A stretch of DNA of 64,000 nt from Acidimicrobiales bacterium (GTDB lineage Bacteria; Actinomycetota; Acidimicrobiia; Acidimicrobiales; DATDAH01). The position numbers and the translations under genes are program-made. Below the pieces are notes generated by a model, which searched no databases, had not been told where the DNA came from, and saw only the letters and a program-made list of their open reading frames with translations. The stretch is from positions 185,100 through 249,099 of the forward strand of contig JBGAOY010000004.1 in assembly GCA_044221555.1 (NCBI GenBank), given 5' to 3'. Shown piece after piece: positions 9,015 to 19,236 of the stretch (within the stretch, counting starts at the first letter, position 1; every line of letters begins with the position of its first letter).

Positions 9015-10262
9015 ATGTCCAACCCCTGGCCCCCCGATCCGACGGCACCGCCCCTGGATCCCGGTGCCGCGCCGGCCGCCCCGCCCTACGCCTACCAGCC
9101 GGCTCCGCCCTATGGTCCCCCGACCAACCCCGGCCAGCCCCCCGCGGGCGGGCCGCCGCTGCCTCCTCCGCCTGCGGCTCCGAGCGCCAAGCCGCCCCGT
9201 CGCGGTCCCTGGTTCTTCGTGCTCGGGCTCGTCGCCGTGCTCGCCCTCATCGCCGCTGGCTTCGGCCTCGGCAAGGTGGTCAGCGACAGCAGCGACGACA
9301 ACGCGTCGGGCTCGTCGCCCAGCCCCGTGCCGACGTCCGACATCAGCCAGGACCGCCCCGCCGACCCCGCCCCGATCGAGGGCAACGGCGACGAGCCCAT
9401 CGCCGATGTGGCCGCCGCGGTGGCGCCCACGGTCGTGCAGATCGAGACCCAGGAAGGCCTGGGCTCGGGCTTCGTGTACGACGAGTCGGGCCTCATCCTC
9501 ACTGCCGCCCACGTGGTGGGCACCGCCGACCAGGTCAACGTCCGCCTGGCCGACGGCACGCTGCTCGACGGCCAGGTGCTCGGCGCCGACGACGGAGTCG
9601 ACGTGGCCGTCGTGAAGGTCGACCCCGCCGACGCCGACCTGCAGGTGGCCGCCCTGGCCACAGGGGTGCCGGTGCAGGTGGGCCAGACCGCCGTCGCCGT
9701 GGGCAGCCCCTTCGGCCTCGACCAGACCGTCACCGCCGGCATCGTGAGCGCCGTCGACCGGTCGTTCCCCACCAGCACCGGTGTGGTGAACGTCATCCAG
9801 ACCGACGCCCCCATCAACTCGGGCAACTCGGGCGGTGCGCTGGCCGATCGCCAGGGCCGGATCATCGGCATCAACGACGCCATCCTCACCGACGGCGCCA
9901 GCACCGGCAACGTCGGCGTCGGCTTCGCCATCCCGATCGACACCGCCTTCGCGGCCGCCGAGCAACTGGCCCAGGGCCTGCCGGTGCAGTTCGGCTTCCT
10001 GGGCGTGGAGAGCCGGCCCGCCACCTCCGGTGACGCCGGTGCCCAGATCGTCAGCGTCAGCGCCGGCAGCCCGGCCGAGGACGCCGGCATCCAGGAGGGC
10101 GACCTGATCACCCAGGTCGGTGACGACGACGTCCAGTCCAACACCGATCTGGCCGCCGCCATCCGGGCCCACCAGCCGGGCGACCAGGTCACCATCACCC
10201 TGGTGCGCGGCGGCGACGAGTTGACCGTCACCGCCACCCTCGTCAGCGCCGACGACCAGTAG
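9015..10262 (+). CDS. htrA: HtrA/PepD-like trypsin-family serine protease with one PDZ domain
   Basis: ATG 9015 is preceded by GAGGAA. Pro-rich N-terminus and one TM helix. Catalytic triad contexts TAAHVV, DVAVVKV and GNSGGAL. C-terminal PDZ domain. Confidence 0.9.
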   Translation: MSNPWPPDPTAPPLDPGAAPAAPPYAYQPAPPYGPPTNPGQPPAGGPPLPPPPAAPSAKPPRRGPWFFVLGLVAVLALIAAGFGLGKVVSDSSDDNASGSSPSPVPTSDISQDRPADPAPIEGNGDEPIADVAAAVAPTVVQIETQEGLGSGFVYDESGLILTAAHVVGTADQVNVRLADGTLLDGQVLGADDGVDVAVVKVDPADADLQVAALATGVPVQVGQTAVAVGSPFGLDQTVTAGIVSAVDRSFPTSTGVVNVIQTDAPINSGNSGGALADRQGRIIGINDAILTDGASTGNVGVGFAIPIDTAFAAAEQLAQGLPVQFGFLGVESRPATSGDAGAQIVSVSAGSPAEDAGIQEGDLITQVGDDDVQSNTDLAAAIRAHQPGDQVTITLVRGGDELTVTATLVSADDQ

Positions 10263-10320
10263 TCCAGCGCACCACCGACTCGGCCGGCGTGGCCGGGACG
10301 GACAACCCACCTCCACACCG

Positions 10321-10360
10321 GCCACACCGGGGACGACTCCACCGCCGTCCCCGGTGTGGC
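10321..10360 (+). terminator. Perfect 15-bp stem / 10-nt loop hairpin downstream of htrA (no U tract)
   Basis: GCCACACCGGGGACG-actccaccgc-CGTCCCCGGTGTGGC, 59 nt after the htrA stop. Confidence 0.5.
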
Positions 10361-10489
10361 GCGTCCGGGCGCCGTCGGGGAGGGCCTCGGCGGTGGCCCG
10401 GTCGGCACCACGGCGACGGTGCGCCGACCTCGGGTGTCGCCCGGTTCGTCCGAGTGAGACACCGAGCGCCCTCCTAGAGTCTGGGCCTC

Positions 10490-11557
10490 ATGGTATTCCT
10501 CATCATCGCCCTCGTCACGCTCGTCCTGCTGGGTGGCGTGGCCACCTACGTCGCCACCCGCAGCCGCCGCCAACTCCCCGGCCCCACCCCGTCCGCGGAG
10601 GTGGGCCCCGCCCCCGGGGCGCCCACGGCGACGCGGGGTGCCGAGGCCCCCACCCTCGCCCCGAGTCGCTGGCGGGACCGCCTCGGGAAGGCCCGTGGCG
10701 CGCTGTCGGGGGCGATCGGCTCGCTGCTGTCCCGTGGCGGCATCGACCAGGAGACGTGGGACGACCTCGAGGCCGGCCTGCTCCAGGCCGACGTGGGGGT
10801 GCCCACCACCACGGCGCTGCTCGAGCGGTTGAAGGCCCAGGTCGCCGAGCAGGGCCTGACCGAGCCCGAGCAGCTGGTCGACGCGCTGAAGGACGACATG
10901 AAGGAACAGCTCGGGGGTGCCGACCGGTCGCTCACGTACGAGCCCGGCCGGCCCAACGTCTGGCTGTTCGTGGGCGTGAACGGGGTGGGCAAGACCACCA
11001 CCATCGGCAAGCTGGCCAAGCGCCAGATGGGCGAGGGCCGGTCGGTCATCCTGGCCGCGGGCGACACCTTCCGGGCCGCCGCGGCCGAGCAGCTGCAGCA
11101 CTGGGCCGAGCGGGCCGGCGCCGACAGCGTGCGGGGCGACGAGGGGGGTGACCCCAGCTCGGTGATCTTCGACGCCGTCCAGCGGGCCGGCGCCCGGGGC
11201 ATCGACCTGGTGCTGGCCGACACCGCCGGCCGCCTGCACACCAAGGTCAACCTGATGGAGGAGCTGCGCAAGGTGCGGCGTGTCGCCGACCGCGACCCCG
11301 GCACGGTCACCGAGGTGCTGCTGGTGCTCGACGCCACCACCGGCCAGAACGGACTCACCCAGGCCCACCAGTTCACCGAGGCGGTGGAGGTCACCGGCGT
11401 GGTGCTCACCAAGCTCGACGGCTCCGCCAAGGGTGGCATCGTGCTGGCCATCCAGGCCGACCTGGGCATCCCCGTGAAGCTGGTCGGTCTGGGCGAGACC
11501 GAGGACGACCTCGTCGAGTTCGACCCCGACGACTTCGTCGACGCGTTGTTCGATTAG
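10490..11557 (+). CDS. ftsY: Signal recognition particle receptor FtsY
   Basis: N-terminal TM helix. SRP GTPase motifs GVNGVGKTTT, DTAGR and TKLDG. Confidence 0.95.
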   Translation: MVFLIIALVTLVLLGGVATYVATRSRRQLPGPTPSAEVGPAPGAPTATRGAEAPTLAPSRWRDRLGKARGALSGAIGSLLSRGGIDQETWDDLEAGLLQADVGVPTTTALLERLKAQVAEQGLTEPEQLVDALKDDMKEQLGGADRSLTYEPGRPNVWLFVGVNGVGKTTTIGKLAKRQMGEGRSVILAAGDTFRAAAAEQLQHWAERAGADSVRGDEGGDPSSVIFDAVQRAGARGIDLVLADTAGRLHTKVNLMEELRKVRRVADRDPGTVTEVLLVLDATTGQNGLTQAHQFTEAVEVTGVVLTKLDGSAKGGIVLAIQADLGIPVKLVGLGETEDDLVEFDPDDFVDALFD

Positions 11558-11852
11558 CCCTCCTTCGTCGGGCGCCTTCGGCATTCGGTTCGCGCTCGTC
11601 GTGGCTCCGCTCCGCTCCGCCACGTCACCCCGGTCGGCGCATCTGCGCCAACTGCGACTCGGGCGCCTTCGGCATTCGGTTCGCGCTCGTCGTGGCTCCG
11701 CTCCGCTCCGCCACCTCACCCCGGTCGGCGCATCTGCGCCAACTGCGGCACGGGCGCCTTCGGCATCACATTGGCCCCTCCTTCGTCGGGGCGGCTTCGC
11801 CATCCGGGTCGCGCTCGACGCGGCTCCGCTCCGCTCCGCCACCTCACCCCGG
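11558..11852 (+). repeat. Tandem array (3 copies, ~91-bp period) of an intergenic repeat element
   Basis: GGGCGCCTTCGGCAT starts at 11570, 11661 and 11752. Shared core is GGCTCCGCTCCGCTCCGCCACsTCACCCCGG. Copies 1 and 2 are near-identical and copy 3 is rearranged at its 5' end. Confidence 0.85.
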
Positions 11853-11934
11853 TGAGCCGCGGGACCCCAGCGTCGTCGAGCGCGACCTGCTAGGAAGTGG
11901 CCGAGGCCGAGGGGCGGTCATCGGGGGTGGACTC

Positions 11935-13827
11935 ATGAAACGACGGCTCATCGTCGCGTTCAGCGCGATCGCGCTGCTCGCGGGAGCGTGCAGCAGCAGT
12001 GGAGGCTCGGGGGGTGACGAGGGCGCGTCGTCCGCCGACGCGGGCAGTTGGACGGTCCTCGTGTACCAGATCGCCGACAACAACCTCGAGCCCTTCGCGC
12101 TCCAGGACCTCCAGGAGATGGCGTCGGTGGGGTCGAACGAGAACCTCGACCTCGTGGTGATGTCCGACCGCTCGGAGGGTGAGGCCACAGGCGGCGTGCT
12201 CAACATCGACGAGTGGGACACGGCCAAGACCTTCGAGGTGGGCCAGGACGAGTTGACGGAGGTCTCCGACAGCGGCGAGGCGGACATGGCCGACCCGGCG
12301 ACGCTCGCCGAGTTCGTGGCCACCGGCTTCGAGGACCACCCGGCCGACAACCACGCCGTGGTGCTGTGGGACCACGGCGCCGGCTGGCCCGGCATGGGCC
12401 CGGACGAGTCGTCCGGTGACCTGCTCACCCTGCCCGAGATCCAGCAGGGGCTGACCGACGGGATGGCCACCGCGGGGGTCGACAAGCTCGACCTCGTCGG
12501 CTTCGACGCCTGCCTGATGGCCACCTACGAGGTGGGCCAGGCCATGGCCCCGCTGGCCGACTACATGCTCGCCTCGCAGGAGACCGAGCCCGGGATCGGC
12601 TGGGACTGGAGCGCGTTCGACGAGCTCTCCGATGGCGGGGCCGACGCCGTGGCCCTCGGCCAGAGGGTCCTGGCCGACTACCAGGCGTTCGCCGACAGCC
12701 AGGACCAGGGCGACGACATCACCCTCTCGCTCACCGACCTCGGCCAGCTCGACGCGGTCGAGACCGACCTGGCCACCATGACCAGCGCGGTCGCCGGCGA
12801 CATCGACAGCTATGCCGGCGTGATCGGCCAGGAGCGCACGCAGAACCTCAGCTTCGGGCGCAGCCCCGACCCGACACAGGACACCGGCCTGACCGACCTC
12901 GGCCAGCTGAGCGAGCGCCTGGGTGGCGCCGACGAGACGATCGCAGCGGCCGCCGGGGACGTGAGCGCCTCGCTCGACGCCGCGGTCGTCGACAGCGTGG
13001 CCGGGCCGGCGCGTGAGGGTGCCTCGGGGCTCTCGGTCTACTTCCCCGAGACGTCCGAGCAGCTCTCGCCGGACTACGTCGCGGTCGAAGACGACACGTG
13101 GGCACCACTGCTCGATGCGTACTACACCGCGGGCGACAACATCCCCGAGGACGAGGTGGTCGCCTTCGACGAGTCGACCTCGGGCGAGTACTTCTTCGAC
13201 GAGAACGGCCTCACCATCAGCGGGACCTTCGCCTCGGGGAACGCCGACAACCTCTCCGAGGCGGTCATCTACTACGGCCTCCCCCAGGACGACGGGTCGA
13301 TCGTCTACGTGGGCGAGGAGCCGGGCACCATCTACGACGACGGCACCGCTGACGCCACCTTCGACCTGACCACGCTCACCATCTCGGATGGCCAGGACAC
13401 CGTCGATGCCTACATCGATCTCGGCTACGACGCGGAGAGTGACACCTTCACCATCGATGTGCCGCTGCAGTACGCCCCCCCCGAGGTGACCTCCGAGGAC
13501 GAGTACCAGGACCTCACCCTGAGCCTCGTCCTCGACCCCGACTTCAACATCCTCTCCGAGACCTACTACGAGTTCCAGGAGGGCGGCACCATGGGTGAGT
13601 TCACCGCCGACCCCGACGGGGTGGTCTTCCCCCTCGTGCAGCTTCAGGGCGCCGACGGCACGCTCGAGTACGTGCCGAACGGCGAGGTGGGCCTCTTCGC
13701 CGACCTGCCGAGCCTCGTCTACGAGTTCGCGCCGCTGCCGTCCGGGACGCCTCTGCACGTGGATCTGACGGTCTACGACTTCGGCGGCAACGCCGCCACG
13801 GTCTCTGCCGACGACGTGGTGCCGTAG
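11935..13827 (+). CDS. Secreted lipoprotein, clostripain-like cysteine peptidase (family C11) with ~300-aa acidic C-terminal region
   Basis: ATG 11935. Lipobox LLAGAC. WTVLVYQIADNNLE, catalytic His context VLWDHGAGW and Cys context GFDACLMA. Confidence 0.75.
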   Translation: MKRRLIVAFSAIALLAGACSSSGGSGGDEGASSADAGSWTVLVYQIADNNLEPFALQDLQEMASVGSNENLDLVVMSDRSEGEATGGVLNIDEWDTAKTFEVGQDELTEVSDSGEADMADPATLAEFVATGFEDHPADNHAVVLWDHGAGWPGMGPDESSGDLLTLPEIQQGLTDGMATAGVDKLDLVGFDACLMATYEVGQAMAPLADYMLASQETEPGIGWDWSAFDELSDGGADAVALGQRVLADYQAFADSQDQGDDITLSLTDLGQLDAVETDLATMTSAVAGDIDSYAGVIGQERTQNLSFGRSPDPTQDTGLTDLGQLSERLGGADETIAAAAGDVSASLDAAVVDSVAGPAREGASGLSVYFPETSEQLSPDYVAVEDDTWAPLLDAYYTAGDNIPEDEVVAFDESTSGEYFFDENGLTISGTFASGNADNLSEAVIYYGLPQDDGSIVYVGEEPGTIYDDGTADATFDLTTLTISDGQDTVDAYIDLGYDAESDTFTIDVPLQYAPPEVTSEDEYQDLTLSLVLDPDFNILSETYYEFQEGGTMGEFTADPDGVVFPLVQLQGADGTLEYVPNGEVGLFADLPSLVYEFAPLPSGTPLHVDLTVYDFGGNAATVSADDVVP

Positions 13828-13898
13828 GGGCCGGGGGTGGCGGGCCGCGTGAGGTCGTCCCGCTGACTGCTGCAACGCGCCGGTAGGCTCAACGGTTC

Positions 13899-15305
<1,407 letters not shown>

Positions 15306-15444
15306 CGGAGGCCGACGGCCTTCAATGGTGTGTTCGCCGGACGCGGGTCACCTCCGAACCCACTGACGACCCGCCGACCGACCAAGCGACACACCGACTT
15401 TCGTACAGCAGCATCCCAACGAGTACCGACAGGAAGACACGAAC

Positions 15445-15741
15445 GTGGCCGTAAGACTCCGCCTCATGCGGATGGGTAAGAAGAAGCAGCCGACCTACCG
15501 GATCGTGGCGGCCGACGCCCGCTCGCCCCGCAACGGGCGTTTCATCGAGATCGTGGGCACCTACGACCCCCGCCCCGACCCCTCCGAGATCAAGGTCGAC
15601 AACGACAAGGCCGTGGACTGGCTGCGCAAGGGCGCCCAGCCCACCGAGCGCGTCGAGAAGCTGCTGAAGGTCTCGGGTGCCTGGGACGAGTTCAAGGGCA
15701 CCGCTCCCGCCGCCCCTGCCACCGCTGAGAGCGACGCATGA
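15445..15741 (+). CDS. rpsP: 30S ribosomal protein S16
   Basis: GTG start. [22 protein letters not shown]. Confidence 0.95.
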   Translation: MAVRLRLMRMGKKKQPTYRIVAADARSPRNGRFIEIVGTYDPRPDPSEIKVDNDKAVDWLRKGAQPTERVEKLLKVSGAWDEFKGTAPAAPATAESDA

Positions 15742-16142
15742 GCGACGACGAGTACGACGACACGTACGCGGACGACGCCGATGATGCGGACGACACCGAC
15801 GCACCCGACGAGGTGGACCCGAACCGGGTGGACGACGCCGACCTCGACGATGACGACGACGACGACGAGGGCGACGACGACGTCGACTCGGCCAACACCA
15901 TCACCGCGGCCAGCGCCCGCTCGGTGCTCGAGTACCTCGCCCGCGCCGTGGTCGACGACCCCGACGGTGTCGAGGTCGAGGTCGAAGAAGGCCGTCCGGT
16001 CACCCTTTCGGTGCACGTGTCCGACGGCGACATGGGCCGGGTGATCGGCAAGCGGGGCCGGGTGGCCAACGCCATCCGCACCGTGGTGCGGGCGGCCGCC
16101 GCCCGTGACGGCGTCGAGGTCGACGTCGAATTCGTCGACTGA
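15738..16142 (+). CDS. KH-domain RNA-binding protein (YlqC/UPF0109 family) with poly-acidic N-terminal extension
   Basis: ATGA overlap with rpsP. KH core [17 protein letters not shown]. The first ~55 aa are almost entirely Asp, Glu and Ala. Confidence 0.85.
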   Translation: MSDDEYDDTYADDADDADDTDAPDEVDPNRVDDADLDDDDDDDEGDDDVDSANTITAASARSVLEYLARAVVDDPDGVEVEVEEGRPVTLSVHVSDGDMGRVIGKRGRVANAIRTVVRAAAARDGVEVDVEFVD

Positions 16143-16155
16143 CGCACACGTCCAC

Positions 16156-16617
16156 GTGACCCTCCTCGAGGTGGGCCGGGTCGCCAAGGCCCACGGCCTG
16201 CGCGGCGAGGTGATCGTCAGCCTCAGCACCGACCGCACCGAGCGGCTCGACCCGGGCACGGTGCTGTCCAGCGACGTCGGCGACCTGACCGTGGTCACCG
16301 CGCAACCGCACCAGCACCGCTTCATCGTCCAGTTCGACGGGGTGTACTCGCGCGAGGCGGCCGAGGCCCTGCACGGCGTGGTGCTGCGGGCCGAGCCCCT
16401 CGATGATCCCGACGCGCTCTTCGTGCACGAGCTGATCGGCATGCGGGTGCTCGACACCGCCGGCGTCGAGTTGGGCGTGGTCGAGTCCATCGAGCAGAAC
16501 CCGGCGAGCAACCTGCTGGTGCTCGAGTCGGGCGGTCTCATCCCGCTGCGCTTCCTCGTCGAGCGCCGCGACGACGCGCTCGTCGTCGATCCCCCCGCGG
16601 GCATCCTGGATCTCTGA
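16156..16617 (+). CDS. rimM: 16S rRNA processing protein RimM
   Basis: GTG 16156. VGRVAKAHGLRGEV is a typical RimM N-terminus. PRC-barrel C-terminal part. Confidence 0.85.
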   Translation: MTLLEVGRVAKAHGLRGEVIVSLSTDRTERLDPGTVLSSDVGDLTVVTAQPHQHRFIVQFDGVYSREAAEALHGVVLRAEPLDDPDALFVHELIGMRVLDTAGVELGVVESIEQNPASNLLVLESGGLIPLRFLVERRDDALVVDPPAGILDL

Positions 16618-16630
16618 GCGTGGGCACGGT

Positions 16631-16752
16631 GAAGGACGAGCGAGCCATGACGGGGGTGATGAGGCGTCAGCGGAAGAGCGAGGAACCAGGCGCGGTGAGC
16701 GAGGGACGAGCGAGCCATGACGATGCGATGAGGCGTCAGCCGAAGAGCGATC
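16631..16752 (+). repeat. Tandem duplication (~70-bp period, 2 copies) in the rimM-trmD spacer
   Basis: GGACGAGCGAGCCATGACG...GATGAGGCGTCAGCsGAAGAGCGA at 16634 and 16704. Shares the module GAGGGACGAG-n2-AGCC-ATG with the element at 41210-41283. Confidence 0.8.
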
Positions 16753-16756
16753 CAGC

Positions 16757-17509
16757 ATGCGAATAGACATCTTCACGATCTTCCCCGACATGGTGGGCGA
16801 CTTCGCCGGCCGCAGCCTGCTGGGCAAGGCCGCCGGCGAGGGCGTGCTCGACATCCGGGTGCACGACCTGCGCTCGACCACGACCGATCCGCATCGCTCG
16901 GTGGACGACGCCCCCTACGGCGGTGGCGCCGGCATGGTGCTCATGGCCGAGCCGCTCTTCGGTGCGGTCGAGGCCGTGGCGCCACCGCGGCCCCTGTTCC
17001 TGCTCGGCCCCGGTGGCCGCCGCTTCGACCAGGACATGGCGCGGGAGCTGGCGTCGCTGGACGGCTTCTCGCTGCTGTGCGGCCGCTACGAGGGCGTGGA
17101 CGAGCGGGTGCGCACCGCCCTGGTGGACGGCGAGGTCTCGGTGGGGGACTACGTGCTGGCCGGCGGCGAGGTGGCGTCGATGGTCATCCTCGAAGCCGTC
17201 GGTCGACTGGTGCCCGGCGTGATGGGCAACGACACCTCGGCCGACGACGAGTCGTTCAGCGACGGCCTGCTCGAGTACCCGCAGTACACCCGGCCGGCCG
17301 AGTTCCGGGGCATGGCCGTGCCCGACGTGCTGCGTTCCGGCGACCACGCCCGGGTGGCCCGCTGGCGGCGGGCACAGGCCCTGTTGCGCACCGCGACGCA
17401 CCGGCCGGACCTGCTCGCGGCCCGAGGCGGGTTGTCGCCCGCCGACGAGGAACTGCTCGACGAGTTCGGTCTCGGTGTTGGCCCGGGCGACGGCCCTCAC
17501 GTATCCTGA
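16757..17509 (+). CDS. trmD: tRNA (guanine37-N1)-methyltransferase TrmD
   Basis: [12 protein letters not shown], and [10 protein letters not shown]. Confidence 0.95.
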   Translation: MRIDIFTIFPDMVGDFAGRSLLGKAAGEGVLDIRVHDLRSTTTDPHRSVDDAPYGGGAGMVLMAEPLFGAVEAVAPPRPLFLLGPGGRRFDQDMARELASLDGFSLLCGRYEGVDERVRTALVDGEVSVGDYVLAGGEVASMVILEAVGRLVPGVMGNDTSADDESFSDGLLEYPQYTRPAEFRGMAVPDVLRSGDHARVARWRRAQALLRTATHRPDLLAARGGLSPADEELLDEFGLGVGPGDGPHVS

Positions 17510-17583
17510 ACGATCCGGCGAACCTGCTCGTCGCCCCACCTTCCCCCTCACGGAAACTCCCCACGCCAGGAGCGTGTAGCGCA

Positions 17584-17931
17584 ATGAACTCCACCGACCT
17601 CGTCGACCACGCCAGCCTGCGTGACGACATCCCCGATTTCGCCGCCGGCGACACCCTCAAGGTGCACGTCCGCGTCGTCGAGGGCACCCGTGAGCGTGTT
17701 CAGATCTTCCAGGGCGTCGTCATCCGGCGCCAGGGCTCGGGCATCCGCGAGACCTTCACCGTCCGCAAGGTGAGCTTCGGCGTCGGCGTCGAGCGGACGT
17801 TCCCCGTCCACTCGCCGATCATCGCCAAGATCGAGGTCCACACCCGCGGCGACGTGCGCCGGGCCAAGCTGTACTACCTGCGCGACCGCGTCGGGAAGGC
17901 CGCGAAGGTCAAGGAAAAGCGCGACTACTGA
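17584..17931 (+). CDS. rplS: 50S ribosomal protein L19
   Basis: ATG 17584. [26 protein letters not shown]. Confidence 0.95.
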   Translation: MNSTDLVDHASLRDDIPDFAAGDTLKVHVRVVEGTRERVQIFQGVVIRRQGSGIRETFTVRKVSFGVGVERTFPVHSPIIAKIEVHTRGDVRRAKLYYLRDRVGKAAKVKEKRDY

Positions 17932-17935
17932 GTCG

Positions 17936-18280
17936 ATGACCCGCCAACGCCTCGACCTCGGGGCTGCCGGCGAGGCTGCGGTCGCGGACTGGTACCGCGC
18001 CAACGGCTACGAGGTGGTCGAGACCAATTGGCGCTGCCGCCAGGGTGAGCTCGACCTGATCGTGCGCAGGGGCCGCGTCCTCGTGTTCTGCGAGGTCAAG
18101 ACCCGCAGCACCGACGCCTTCGGTGTGCCCGCCGAGGCCGTCACCCGCGACAAGCGCGACCGTATCCGCCGCCTCGCCGCCAGCTACCTGGAGGACGCCC
18201 CCTTCCGCGCCCGCGAGGTGCGCTTCGACGTGGCGGCGGTGCTCGACGGCCAGATCGAGGTCATCGAAGCGGCCTTCTGA
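17936..18280 (+). CDS. yraN: YraN-family (UPF0102) endonuclease-like protein
   Basis: GELDLIV...VFCEVKTR motif. Conserved position after rplS. Confidence 0.85.
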   Translation: MTRQRLDLGAAGEAAVADWYRANGYEVVETNWRCRQGELDLIVRRGRVLVFCEVKTRSTDAFGVPAEAVTRDKRDRIRRLAASYLEDAPFRAREVRFDVAAVLDGQIEVIEAAF

Positions 18281-18423
18281 CCGCGCTCATCGCCGTCGAG
18301 GTCTCGCCGGTCCGCCCGACCGGATGCGTGGGGTGGGGCCGCGGCGCAGAGGTCGGCTGCAGTGGTGATCCGCCTGCCCGTGTGGTGCGAACGACGTCTG
18401 TCCCCGCAATCCAAGGAGGCGGT

Positions 18424-18699
18424 ATGAGCGTCAGCAGCATCGTCACCCACCGGGTCAGCGACTTCGATGCTTGGCACGAGGTCTACAAGTCCGTCGAGGG
18501 GGTCCAGAAGGCCGGCGGGGTCCGCTCCGAGCGCGTCCTGCGGGGCGTCGACGACCCGCAGATGGTCGTGGTCGAGCACGTCTTCGACGATGCCGACACC
18601 GCCCACGCGTTCTTCGACAACGCCGAGTTGCGCCAGGCCATGGCCGACGGTGGCGTCGACCTCGAGTCGCTGCAGCTCACCTTCGCCGAGCCGGTCTGA
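18424..18699 (+). CDS. Small uncharacterized protein (91 aa; possibly a dimeric alpha/beta-barrel fold)
   Basis: ATG 18424 is preceded by AAGGAGG. High GC3. No recognisable catalytic motif. Confidence 0.5.
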   Translation: MSVSSIVTHRVSDFDAWHEVYKSVEGVQKAGGVRSERVLRGVDDPQMVVVEHVFDDADTAHAFFDNAELRQAMADGGVDLESLQLTFAEPV

Positions 18700-18720
18700 G
18701 CCACAGCCGGCCGCCCGCGG

Positions 18721-18936
18721 CTAGCGCCGCGGGCGGCGGGTGGCGCGCCGATCCCAACAGGCCCGGTGCCAGTGGCGGCGCAGGTCGGGGGCGTCGTGAG
18801 GGACCGCCACCAGGTGGCCCGTTCCCTTCGGGATGTCCCTGTTGCACCCGGGGCACAGGTACGTCTTGGCGGCCTGGTACGGCTGCACGAAGCGGGTGTC
18901 GACGGCGTCGTCGGCCCACAGGTCGGGATGGCTCAT
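18721..18936 (-). CDS. Small zinc-ribbon-like protein (71 aa)
   Basis: ATG 18936 is preceded by GGGAGG. CPGC ... HWHRAC provides four potential metal ligands. The longer 109-aa ORF version has a Gly/Pro junk N-terminus. Confidence 0.55.
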   Translation of the reverse strand: MSHPDLWADDAVDTRFVQPYQAAKTYLCPGCNRDIPKGTGHLVAVPHDAPDLRRHWHRACWDRRATRRPRR

Positions 18937-19015
18937 GCCTCCCGCTCCTGGTCCGCTCCCCGCCGGGCCGCTCGGGCCAGGGGCTTGCCCGTCGGGCTCA
19001 CGGTGTGCGTGTCCC

Positions 19016-19126
19016 TCAGCCCAGGAAGGCCCATGCCACCAGCGCGGCACACACCAGTAGCGCGATGACGACCATCACGTAGTCGCTCGTGCGTCGAACC
19101 TGCTTGCGGGTGGCGTCGAACCCCAT
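19016..19126 (-). CDS. Candidate 36-aa single-pass membrane peptide (below the ORF-track size cut-off)
   Basis: My own translation is MGFDATRKQVRRTSDYVMVVIALLVCAALVAWAFLG. High GC3. Lies 79 nt upstream of the zinc-ribbon gene on the same strand. The SD is weak. Confidence 0.3.
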   Translation of the reverse strand: MGFDATRKQVRRTSDYVMVVIALLVCAALVAWAFLG

Positions 19127-19236
19127 GCCCGCAGTGTGCCGGGTATTCCTGTCGTACCCCCTCGGTAGGTTCGACCCACGCTTCGGCGGCCGGCGTCACG
19201 GCCCCTCCCACACTCGCCACGCAGGGAGGGTTCGCC

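Noticed and set aside
9110-11842. 910-aa minus-strand ORF, one of the longest ORFs on the track
   Set aside because: It runs antisense to htrA and ftsY, which have unambiguous motifs. Its translation is Arg/Gly/Pro/Ala low-complexity with no domains. This is the typical stop-codon-poor antisense frame of a high-GC genome.
11558-11852. Possible CRISPR array
   Set aside because: The units are contiguous, about 91 bp long, and have no unique spacers between them. No cas genes are present. An inverted solo copy exists elsewhere, which fits a REP/MITE-type repeat instead.
11601-11934. ORFs translating the tandem repeats (RSATSPRSAHLRQLR...) and the 5' extension of the 711-aa ORF
   Set aside because: The peptide periodicity simply mirrors the DNA repeat. 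The real downstream gene has a clean ATG (11935) followed by a lipoprotein signal peptide.
16647-16766. 39-codon ORF ([39 protein letters not shown]) through the rimM-trmD duplication
   Set aside because: Its internal repetition is a by-product of the DNA repeat. It has no convincing SD, and it overlaps the trmD start. I keep it only as a note in the repeat finding.
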